A stretch of 24,000 nucleotides of DNA, from the NCBI GenBank assembly GCA_000200715.1, contig DP000238.1, forward strand, positions 470,154 to 494,153, given 5' to 3'. The position numbers were made by a program, and so were the translations under genes. Below, piece by piece: positions 16,113 through 23,018 of this stretch. Under the pieces are notes generated by a model. The model was not told the origin of the DNA and did no database searches. It worked only from the letters and a program-made list of their open reading frames with translations. Every line of letters begins with the position of its first letter. The stretch's first letter is position 1. The DNA comes from Cenarchaeum symbiosum A (GTDB taxonomy: Archaea > Thermoproteota > Nitrososphaeria > Nitrososphaerales > Nitrosopumilaceae).

Positions 16113-17291
16113 ATGAACAGGGTGGTGCTCACCGAGCTTGGAATAGTGGTATACGACGGGGATAAAATCTCCAACAGGCTCCCCTTTGGGAGCCCCGCCT
16201 CCGAGTACGCGGCAATACAGGACGGCTCTTCTGGCGTGCCCGCCCTGAAGTCCTGCCTGCGCGGAACAGATGCCACGGTCAACGACCGTGCGCTCCTCAG
16301 AATACTGCGCAAGGCCTCCATGGATGTGCGCGAGTGCAGCGAGGCAGAAGCTGCAGACATCCGCTCATCAAAGCTGCAGATTCTCGAAGAGGCGGGCTTT
16401 GCCTCTGGAGAAGATGACGCCATGGACAAGCTCCGCCGCTTTGCACTGGAGCTCTCATCATTCAGGATTGCAGCAGAATCGCAGAGCCCCGACCTGCATA
16501 TAATACAGGCCGTGGGCGCGCTCGATTCTTTGGATGATGCGATAAACGCGGCAGCCTCGCACATGCGGGAATGGTACGGCCTGCACTTTCCCGAGCTCGA
16601 GAGCCTTGCCGACGGCATACCTGGATACGCGGGGATAGCTTCTGCCGGCAGGCGCGACGGCCTGTCGCGCGGCACATTCGAGGCGGCAGGATACGACGCC
16701 CGCCGCTCGGAGATGATGGATCTTGTCTGCGGAAAAAGCAGGGGCGGCGAGATCTCCGATGCAAACCTCCGGATGGTACAGGCCCTTGCGGCAGAGGTGC
16801 TAGCCTTGCACAGGCTCAGATCCGAGATGGAATCCCACATAGACGAGCAGATGAGGTCGTCGGCGCCAAACGTCACGGCCATCCTGGGGGCCACTGTCGG
16901 CGCCAAGCTGCTCTCCCGGGCGGGCAGCCTGCGCAGGCTCGCCTCCATGTCGTCGAGCACAATACAGATACTTGGCGCAGAAAAGGCGCTGTTTCGCTCC
17001 CTCAAGACGGGCTCGCAGCCGCCAAAGCACGGCCTGCTATTCCAGCACCCGCTGGTCCACTCCGCGCCCCGGTGGCAGCGGGGCAAGGTGGCGCGCGCAG
17101 TAGCGGCAAAGGCGGCCATAGCAGCCCGCATAGACTACCACACGGGCGAGCCCAACGGGGCGCTGCTCCAGTCACTGGAGGCGCGCATATCGGAGATATC
17201 AGAGAAATACAAGGACCCGCCGGAGCGGCCGCCCGCCAAGCCGCCGGGCGCGCGCAGAAAGAGGGGCGGCTTTAGAAGAAAGAGGGCATAG
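16113..17291 (+). CDS. nop5: C/D box sRNP core protein Nop5 (Nop56/58 homolog)
   Basis: The 392-aa product carries the Nop domain signature (APNVTAILGATVGAKLLSRAGSLRRLASMSSSTIQILGAEKALFR...PKHGLLFQHP...RGKVARAVAAKAAIAARID) and a basic C-terminal tail. It is followed by fibrillarin 8 nt downstream. Confidence 0.93.
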   Translation: MNRVVLTELGIVVYDGDKISNRLPFGSPASEYAAIQDGSSGVPALKSCLRGTDATVNDRALLRILRKASMDVRECSEAEAADIRSSKLQILEEAGFASGEDDAMDKLRRFALELSSFRIAAESQSPDLHIIQAVGALDSLDDAINAAASHMREWYGLHFPELESLADGIPGYAGIASAGRRDGLSRGTFEAAGYDARRSEMMDLVCGKSRGGEISDANLRMVQALAAEVLALHRLRSEMESHIDEQMRSSAPNVTAILGATVGAKLLSRAGSLRRLASMSSSTIQILGAEKALFRSLKTGSQPPKHGLLFQHPLVHSAPRWQRGKVARAVAAKAAIAARIDYHTGEPNGALLQSLEARISEISEKYKDPPERPPAKPPGARRKRGGFRRKRA

Positions 17292-17298
17292 GCGCCCC

Positions 17299-17970
17299 TT
17301 GGAGCACAACGACGGCATATTCTGGATAAGGCACGAGGGGGCCCCGCGCCTTGCCACTGAAAACATGGACCCCGGGTGCAGCGTATACGGGGAGAAGCTG
17401 CTAGACCGGGCGGGCACAGAATACCGCCTCTGGGATCCGTTTCGCAGCAAGCTTGCCGCCTGCATATACAACGGCCTCGAGCGCCTCCCCATCATCCCGG
17501 GCTCGCGCGTCTTGTACCTTGGCGCGTCCACCGGAACAACTGCAAGCCACGTCTCCGATATAGTGGGGGGCAGGGGGGCGGTCTTTGCAGTCGAGCCCGC
17601 AGGCAGGGTGGCGCGCGACCTGCTCCACAGGGTGGCCTCCAGGCGCCCAAATGTAATACCGATAATGCAGGATTCACGGAGGCCCGGCGAGTACCCTGGA
17701 ATGTACGGGGCAGCAGACGTGGTATACGCGGACATAGCCCAGCCCGACCAGACTGCAATGGCCGTGGCCAACTGTAAAATGTACCTGCGCGCCGAAGGCT
17801 CGCTCCTCCTGGTCATCAAGGCAAGGAGCATAGACTCTGTACGGGATCCCGCCGGGGTAATCCGGGAGGAGACTGCAAAGCTGGAGGCTGACTTTGGCAT
17901 ATCCCAGGCAGTAGACCTGCGGACGTACGACCGCGACCACTCGTTGGTCCACGCGGTATACCCGGGCTAG
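17299..17970 (+). CDS. flpA: Fibrillarin (rRNA/tRNA 2'-O-methyltransferase)
   Basis: The product contains PGCSVYGEKL, SKLAACI, VLYLGASTGTTASHVSDIV and YADIAQPDQ motifs. A TTG start at 17299 is required to retain the conserved N-terminus. This is the classic nop5-flpA operon. Confidence 0.92.
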   Translation: MEHNDGIFWIRHEGAPRLATENMDPGCSVYGEKLLDRAGTEYRLWDPFRSKLAACIYNGLERLPIIPGSRVLYLGASTGTTASHVSDIVGGRGAVFAVEPAGRVARDLLHRVASRRPNVIPIMQDSRRPGEYPGMYGAADVVYADIAQPDQTAMAVANCKMYLRAEGSLLLVIKARSIDSVRDPAGVIREETAKLEADFGISQAVDLRTYDRDHSLVHAVYPG

Positions 17971-18584
17971 CCGCCTGCCTCTATGAGCCGCGCGGGGCGC
18001 CAGCTCCTCCTCACAAAGGGCGGCATCGCGCCGTTCTTGTTATAGTACCCCCTGACAAAGCCTACAGTCCTGCGGTCCGACGGGTATCCACTGCCCACGT
18101 CGTGGCTTTTACGCAGCCGCTCTATCGAGCGGTCGCGGGCCACCTTTGCCAGTATGGATGCGGCAGATACTATGACAAACCTGTCGTCTGCCCGGTGGTA
18201 CGAGCGGACTGTACGACCCGACATCTCCGAGACCCTGCCCCCAAAGCGCCTTGGGTTTACATCGCACGAATCAACGTATGTCGTCCCATGGCCCAGCCGG
18301 GTTATCACGCGGGCCATGTACCTGGCCTCTAAATCGTTGAGCATGTGCCTGCCCACGCTCCGGTCCACCACGCCGGGCGGCACCCTGCTGATGTGGTACG
18401 AATCCGCCATATTCACTATCTCTGGATACAGGGATTCTCTTGCCTTGCGCGTCAGCTTTTTGGAATCGCGGACGCCCATGCTTTTGAGCTCCCGCATCCT
18501 GTTGCGCTTTATGGCCACGCCGGCTATGACGAGCGGCCCCACCAGGGATCCGCGCCCCGCTTCGTCTACCCCGCAGACCAGCAT
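17967..18584 (-). CDS. rnhB: Ribonuclease HII
   Basis: MLVCGVDEAGRGSLVGPLVIAGV is the canonical RNase HII N-terminus and catalytic DEAGRG motif. ATG 18584 is preferred over the track's TTG 18641 because a TATA box (18608-18614) lies inside the extension. Confidence 0.9.
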   Translation of the reverse strand: MLVCGVDEAGRGSLVGPLVIAGVAIKRNRMRELKSMGVRDSKKLTRKARESLYPEIVNMADSYHISRVPPGVVDRSVGRHMLNDLEARYMARVITRLGHGTTYVDSCDVNPRRFGGRVSEMSGRTVRSYHRADDRFVIVSAASILAKVARDRSIERLRKSHDVGSGYPSDRRTVGFVRGYYNKNGAMPPFVRRSWRPARLIEAGG

Positions 18585-18607
18585 GGCATGCGCCGGGGGC
18601 GCACCCG

Positions 18608-18614
18608 TATTAAA
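18608..18614 (-). promoter_or_regulatory. TATA box (TTTAATA on the minus strand) for rnhB
   Basis: The box is centred about 27 nt upstream of ATG 18584. Confidence 0.4.
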
Positions 18615-18641
18615 CCGTGTACGGGATGGCCGCACTATCAA

Positions 18642-18648
18642 CTATATT
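18642..18648 (+). promoter_or_regulatory. TATA box (CTATATT) for the Dam-like methyltransferase-trm1 operon
   Basis: The box is centred about 28 nt upstream of GTG 18673. Confidence 0.4.
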
Positions 18649-18672
18649 GGACGGGCCGCCGCTGGGGCCGCG

Positions 18673-19494
18673 GTGGAACAGTTTACGGTAAGAAACGGGA
18701 TCGGGCGGGGCGGCCCCAAGCTCATCCCGTACATCGGCTGCAAGTCGGGCTTTATGCACATCTTCGATCAGCTGGTCCCCGATGACCCGGGCCGCATATA
18801 CGACATATTTGGCGGCGGCGGAAGCTTTGCGTTTTATGCGTGCGGCAGGTTCGGCGCAAAGAAGGTGGTATACAACGACCACAACCCGGTGGTGGCAAAC
18901 CTGGTCAGGACGCTCCAGCGCGACCCCGGCGGCCTGCATGCAGAGTACCAGAAGCACTATTCCAAGTCGTCCCCAGAATACTATCTTGGCGTGCGGGACA
19001 AAGACCTGCTAGACGGGACGCGGGGCGCCGGCCGGTTCTTTTACTTGGCAAAAAACGCATTCTCTGGCAAGATAAGGTTCAACACAAAGAACAAGTTCAA
19101 CTCGCCCATGAGAAAGGGGGCCCGGTGCCCCCGCGTGGACGCGGATGCTCTCCGGTCGCTCGCCTCCTCCATATCCGGAATGGAGATCACCTGCAGGGAC
19201 TTTGCCGAGTATGATGACATATCCGGCTCGTTTGTCTACCTTGACCCGCCCTACATGAACAACCCCAACGGGCACTACAACGCAGTAGTCGGACTCGACG
19301 AGTTCTCCCGCTTTGTGCAAAAGATAGAAGGGCGCAACAGGGTCATGATCTCCGAGCAGAACGACCCGGACAGCCTGCGCCTCTCGCCTGGATATACAAT
19401 ATTCAAAGTCTCCCTGCGGCGCTCGCTCCAGTACTTTACCCAGAATGGCAGCAGCGAGATAATAGCCGTCAACTACGATGCCGGGCATGGATGA
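18673..19494 (+). CDS. DNA adenine methyltransferase, D12 class (Dam-like)
   Basis: PKLIPYIGCKSG (the N-terminal Y/W-xGxK motif), IYDIFGGGGSFAF (AdoMet motif I) and VYLDPPY (motif IV, the DPPY form used for m6A) occur in the alpha-class order. The 5' 519 nt of the track ORF (18154-18672) is antisense to rnhB and is rejected. GTG 18673 is the first plausible start upstream of the conserved N-terminal motif. Confidence 0.82.
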   Translation: MEQFTVRNGIGRGGPKLIPYIGCKSGFMHIFDQLVPDDPGRIYDIFGGGGSFAFYACGRFGAKKVVYNDHNPVVANLVRTLQRDPGGLHAEYQKHYSKSSPEYYLGVRDKDLLDGTRGAGRFFYLAKNAFSGKIRFNTKNKFNSPMRKGARCPRVDADALRSLASSISGMEITCRDFAEYDDISGSFVYLDPPYMNNPNGHYNAVVGLDEFSRFVQKIEGRNRVMISEQNDPDSLRLSPGYTIFKVSLRRSLQYFTQNGSSEIIAVNYDAGHG

Positions 19495-20629
19495 GATGCC
19501 TGCCGGGCCCGCACAGGGCTGCATAGAGACAACAGAGGGCTCCACAAGGCTGCTGGTCCCCGAGGGATCGCTTGGACCAGGCGTTCCCCCGCGCGAGCCT
19601 GCGTTTTTCAACCCGCGGGCCCGGGCAAACCGCGACACGTCCATGGCCGCATATTCGGCGCACCTGCGCGGCCTACACGATGCAGTGCTGCTTGACTGCA
19701 TGTCGGGCCTTGGAGCAAGGGGCCTGCGCGCCGCAAACGAGGTGGGCGGTATTGAGGTATGCCTCAATGATACAAACGAGCAGGCGCTAAACATTGCGCG
19801 CGAATCAGCAAAGCTCAACTGCCTTGACTGTGTGAGCACCTCCAACGCGGAAGCCTGCTCGTTTCTTGCGGAACATTGGGGCAGGGGGAAGAGGGCCGCC
19901 ATAGTCGATATCGACCCGTTTGGCTCGCCCGCACCGCATCTTGACTGCTGCCTCCGGGCCGTATCCCACGGGGGCATGCTATCCATTACCGCGACCGACC
20001 TGCAGGTGCTCAACGGGATCTTTCCCGACGCATGCCGCCGCATATACGGCGGCTCCCCCGCCAGGGCGGTCTTTGGCGCAGAAGCTGCAGTAAGGCTGCT
20101 GCTCGGCTGCCTGCGAAACGTGGCGGCCAGGCTTGGCGTCTCGTTTGAGCCGCTGCTCACCGAGAGCGACCAGCACTATTACAGGTCGTACGTCCGGGTG
20201 CTGGCCCGGCGGGACACCTCCGAGAACATGGGCTTTCTATACAGGTGTGTAACCTGCGGGGACCGCGGCGCATCACCCTCCCCGGGGACATCATGCCCCT
20301 GCGGGGGCACACTGGACATTGCGGGCCCGCTGTGGACGGGGCCGCTCTTTGAGGGGAGATTCCTCAATATGATGCTCGAAGAGGCGGGGAGGCTCCCCCT
20401 TGGAGAAAAGTGCGCAAAGAGGATAGAGACCTGCATCGGCGAGCAGGGCCTGCCTCCTGCCTACTATACCCTAGATGAGATGGCCTCGCGCTGCCGGGCC
20501 TCGCCCCCAAAGAGGGATTTTGTAATAGAGTACCTCCGGGGCAGGGGCTATTCCGCCGGGCCTACATCGTTTGACCCGTCCGGATTCAGGACCGACGCCC
20601 CCGTCTCCGAGGTTCGGGGCGCCTTTTAG
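19478..20629 (+). CDS. trm1: tRNA (guanine26-N2)-dimethyltransferase Trm1
   Basis: The product has FFNPRARANRD, LDCMSGLGARGLR, VDIDPFGSPAPHLD and ISITATD motifs plus a CxxC...CxC zinc module. It overlaps the upstream methyltransferase gene by 17 nt. Confidence 0.9.
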   Translation: MPGMDEMPAGPAQGCIETTEGSTRLLVPEGSLGPGVPPREPAFFNPRARANRDTSMAAYSAHLRGLHDAVLLDCMSGLGARGLRAANEVGGIEVCLNDTNEQALNIARESAKLNCLDCVSTSNAEACSFLAEHWGRGKRAAIVDIDPFGSPAPHLDCCLRAVSHGGMLSITATDLQVLNGIFPDACRRIYGGSPARAVFGAEAAVRLLLGCLRNVAARLGVSFEPLLTESDQHYYRSYVRVLARRDTSENMGFLYRCVTCGDRGASPSPGTSCPCGGTLDIAGPLWTGPLFEGRFLNMMLEEAGRLPLGEKCAKRIETCIGEQGLPPAYYTLDEMASRCRASPPKRDFVIEYLRGRGYSAGPTSFDPSGFRTDAPVSEVRGAF

Positions 20630-21216
20630 CCCCTGAACCCGAGGCAGACAAGGTACAGCTCGCTGCTCTGCTTGCGGCTGGCCTGGGGCTTTGTGGACTT
20701 TGTCTTGGAGAACATGTGCCCCATGTGCTCGCGAAACTCTGCCGCATACTCGCCGTCGAATACCTTGAAGACGGCGTTGCCCTTTGGCGCAAGGACCCTC
20801 CCCATGATGCGCGCGGCGGCATAATTCAGCGAGATCTGCCTTGCATGGTCGACAGACCAGTTGCCCGAGACCTGCGGGGAGAGGTCGCAGATCACCGCGT
20901 CGGCCCTGCCCAGCCTCTCTGCCACCGTCTCTGCAAGTGATTCATCCTCGACGTCACCCCTCATGGACTCTGCGTGATTCAACTCCTCCGCATACTCGAG
21001 GTCCACCCCGAGCACGGTGCCCCTGTTGCCTGCAGCTGACGCCGCCACCTGCATCCAGCTGCCCGGGGCGCACCCAAGATCGAGCACGGTAAACCCCGCG
21101 CCGATTATCCTGTACGCCTTGTTTAACTCCTTGAGCTTGTACGCGGCCCTGCTGCGGTACCCCTGCTCGCGCGCCATCTTGCGGTAGTGGTCCTTTTTTG
21201 CATCTAGGGGCCTCAT
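20626..21216 (-). CDS. rlmE: Ribosomal RNA large subunit 2'-O-methyltransferase RlmE/FtsJ family
   Basis: DHYRKMAREQGYRSRAAYKLKELN...VLDLGCAPGSWMQVA...VICDLSP are FtsJ/RlmE signatures. The start at ATG 21216 forms an ATGA overlap with the upstream gene's stop. The track's longer ORF (to 21333) is an out-of-gene extension. Confidence 0.88.
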   Translation of the reverse strand: MRPLDAKKDHYRKMAREQGYRSRAAYKLKELNKAYRIIGAGFTVLDLGCAPGSWMQVAASAAGNRGTVLGVDLEYAEELNHAESMRGDVEDESLAETVAERLGRADAVICDLSPQVSGNWSVDHARQISLNYAAARIMGRVLAPKGNAVFKVFDGEYAAEFREHMGHMFSKTKSTKPQASRKQSSELYLVCLGFRG

Positions 21217-22301
21217 TGCAGCATCTTGGGCCTCTCGCCCTTTGACGTGACCCAGTCGAGTATCCACTGGCACGTGCGGGGGTTTATCTCGCCGTCCGCG
21301 GAACACTGCTGCTCCACCGGGCATATCAGACACGGCGAGTTTTCTATCGATGCTGTGCTAATCGGGGTCTTTTTGAGTATAAGCTTGTATGTCCACCTGC
21401 CTTTCTCCAGTATCTTCTCCCTTGTGATGTAGCCTGTCCTCTCCAGCTTCAGCGCCAGCCTCGCCCCGTTCCTGCTGTTGAGCTTGAGCCTCTTCCACAG
21501 TACGTTTTGCACGGCTCCAGCTGATTCATAGGCTGCCAGCATCTCGCATACCTTGTTGGTGAGCCGGTCCATGTCGACCCTCTCTATCTGAAAGTTCTCT
21601 ATCTCCTCTCCGGAGAGGCTCTTCTCCATCTCCTCCTCGATGGTCCTCTCCCGCTCTTCCTTCTCCTTGCGGGCCTCTTCTTCTAGCTGCTTTTTTGTCT
21701 TTCTTGGCGGCTTTGGCTCGGGGGGCTTTGCCTCTGGTTTTTTTGGAACGGGCTTTGCCGCGGGTTTTGCTGCTGGCTTTTTCGGGACAGGTTTTGCCGC
21801 CGGCTTTTTTGGAACAGGTTTTGCTGCCGGTTTCTTTGGAACAGGCTTTGCTGCTGCCGGCTTTTTCGGGACAGGCTTTGCCGCGGGCTTTGTTGCATCA
21901 GGCTTTGCCGCGGGCTTTGTTGCATCAGGCTTTGCCGCGGGCTTTGTTGCATCAGGCTTTGCCGCGGGCTTTGCTGCATCAGGCTTTGCCGCGGGCTTTG
22001 TTGCATCAGGTTTTGCCGCCGGCTTCTTTGGAACAGGCTTTGCCGCTGCCGGCTTTTTCGGGACAGGCTTTGCCGCGGGCTTTGTTATATCGGGTGTCTT
22101 GGCCGGGACTGTTTTCTTGGGCTCTGCGGCCTTTTTGCCGGCGGCCTTGGCTGCCGAGCCTGCCTTTGGGGCCGCATTCTTTCCGGCGCCAGCCGGCTTT
22201 TTCTTGGCGTTGAGCTTGCTCAACTCGAGCTTGTATGCCGCCAGCTCCGCCTCGAGCTCGCTTTTGTTCTTGTCCCCCACCAGTTCGTCGTTTTTTGTCA
22301 T
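21213..22301 (-). CDS. RPC34/TFE-beta-like protein (winged helix plus 4-Cys module) with an N-terminal coiled-coil and a K/P/A-rich tandem-repeat region
   Basis: The C-terminus is [43 protein letters not shown] (winged-helix-like) followed by [29 protein letters not shown]. This Cx2Cx5Cx10C pattern with a Trp closely resembles the conserved C-terminal module of RNA polymerase III subunit RPC34/RPC39 and archaeal TFE-beta. ATG 22301 is preceded by GGTGAT. The track's GTG 22337 is only about 19 nt from the TATA centre. Confidence 0.6.
   Translation of the reverse strand: MTKNDELVGDKNKSELEAELAAYKLELSKLNAKKKPAGAGKNAAPKAGSAAKAAGKKAAEPKKTVPAKTPDITKPAAKPVPKKPAAAKPVPKKPAAKPDATKPAAKPDAAKPAAKPDATKPAAKPDATKPAAKPDATKPAAKPVPKKPAAAKPVPKKPAAKPVPKKPAAKPVPKKPAAKPAAKPVPKKPEAKPPEPKPPRKTKKQLEEEARKEKEERERTIEEEMEKSLSGEEIENFQIERVDMDRLTNKVCEMLAAYESAGAVQNVLWKRLKLNSRNGARLALKLERTGYITREKILEKGRWTYKLILKKTPISTASIENSPCLICPVEQQCSADGEINPRTCQWILDWVTSKGERPKMLQ
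21738..22079 (-). repeat. In-frame 27/30-bp tandem repeat array encoding PAAKPVPKK / [10 protein letters not shown] / PAAKPDATK (about 12.5 units, 114 aa)
   Basis: This is read directly from the sequence. Five nearly identical 27-bp units (GCATCAGGCTTTGCCGCGGGCTTTGTT on the + strand, about 21873-22008) are flanked by PVPKK-type units. Confidence 0.95.
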
Positions 22302-22351
22302 ATGATCACCAGCCGGACTCCAGAGTATTCCGTGCACCTTCGGACGGAGTC

Positions 22352-22360
22352 AATATATAA
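22352..22360 (-). promoter_or_regulatory. TATA box (TTATATATT on the minus strand) for the RPC34/TFE-beta-like gene and rlmE
   Basis: This is the only A/T-rich box in the 22302-22421 intergenic region. It predicts a TSS near 22330 and a leader of about 30 nt carrying GGTGAT before ATG 22301. Confidence 0.35.
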
Positions 22361-22421
22361 GATTGCCTAGTGAACCCGCAGGAATCTGCCTGTACAGCCG
22401 GGCCCCCCGCCTGCGGCGTGC

Positions 22422-22907
22422 CTATCTGACCGTAAAAGTCCCGCTCAGCGTGATGGTCTCGGCGAGCGACTGGTCGGTTATGGCCCCCCTTATCTCGTAT
22501 ATCCCAGGCTCGTCTATCACGGTAGAGAACGCGCCGTCCACCGGCAGTGTGAAATCGCCCTCTACAAAACACTGGTCAAAGAACTCGCCCTGGGCCGCTA
22601 TCTCGGCGGTCTCTGCATTGAGTATCGTAATGTGGAGTATCCCGCAGTCAAAGGACTCGTCTATAATGTTCACCTCCAGGGATACTGCCTCGCCGGCGGC
22701 ATAGCTTGGCCTGAGGCCGAGAATGTCCACCCTGCCGTCGCCCCGGTCCGGCGGCGACGAGAGCAGCGGGCCTGTGGCCGGTCCTGCGGCGGGGCTTGCA
22801 TCCGGCCCTTCGCCCTCCTGCATGGACTGGGCCAGCACGAACCCCCCGAACACAAAGGAGAGCACCGCCGGAAGGAGGAACACGACATAGACAGTCTTTG
22901 TGGCCAT
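22422..22907 (-). CDS. Membrane-anchored or exported hypothetical protein (161 aa)
   Basis: MATKTVYVVFLLPAVLSFVFGGFVLAQS is an N-terminal hydrophobic signal or anchor. It is followed by a Pro/Gly/Ala-rich linker and a beta-rich domain. ATG 22907 is preferred because the track's ATG 22931 lies inside the TATA box. Confidence 0.6.
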   Translation of the reverse strand: MATKTVYVVFLLPAVLSFVFGGFVLAQSMQEGEGPDASPAAGPATGPLLSSPPDRGDGRVDILGLRPSYAAGEAVSLEVNIIDESFDCGILHITILNAETAEIAAQGEFFDQCFVEGDFTLPVDGAFSTVIDEPGIYEIRGAITDQSLAETITLSGTFTVR

Positions 22908-22929
22908 CGTTCTACCCCGCGCACTTCCC

Positions 22930-22935
22930 ATATAT
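22930..22935 (-). promoter_or_regulatory. TATA box (GATATATGG context on the minus strand) for the exported-protein gene
   Basis: The box is centred about 25 nt upstream of ATG 22907. Confidence 0.35.
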
Positions 22936-22988
22936 CAGCTCTAAGCCCGGCCCCCCGATGCCGCCGCGGCTGCCCTTGGGCAACTACA

Positions 22989-22995
22989 CATAAAT
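22989..22995 (+). promoter_or_regulatory. TATA box (CATAAAT) for fbp
   Basis: The box is centred about 27 nt upstream of GTG 23019. Confidence 0.35.
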
Positions 22996-23018
22996 CGGAG
23001 GCCGTGCGGGTGCCGCCC

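Noticed and set aside
16004-17900. Minus-strand ORFs 16004-17131 (375 aa) and 17199-17900 (233 aa) opposite nop5 and flpA
   Set aside because: The + strand frames encode textbook Nop5 and fibrillarin. The antisense translations are Ser/Ala/Arg/Pro-rich with no motifs.
18154-18672. The 5' 519 nt of track ORF 18154-19494 as an N-terminal extension of the Dam-like methyltransferase
   Set aside because: This part is antisense to rnhB and crosses the divergent promoter region. The conserved methyltransferase N-terminal motif begins just after GTG 18673, which has a correctly spaced TATA box.
19009-20160. A 383-aa minus-strand ORF spanning the Dam-like methyltransferase/trm1 junction
   Set aside because: It is antisense to two genes with clear methyltransferase motifs, and it has no start-site context or recognisable domain.
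21738-22079. The 27-bp tandem repeats as a CRISPR array or non-coding satellite
   Set aside because: The repeats are contiguous with no unique spacers. They are in frame within a long ORF and encode a regular 9-10-aa K/P/A peptide repeat.
21640-22305. + strand ORFs 21640-22305 (221 aa, GFAAGF repeats) and 21695-22213 opposite the repeat gene
   Set aside because: They are the reverse-complement reading of the KPAA repeat array. The minus-strand frame continues into a well-formed winged-helix/4-Cys domain and is coupled to rlmE.
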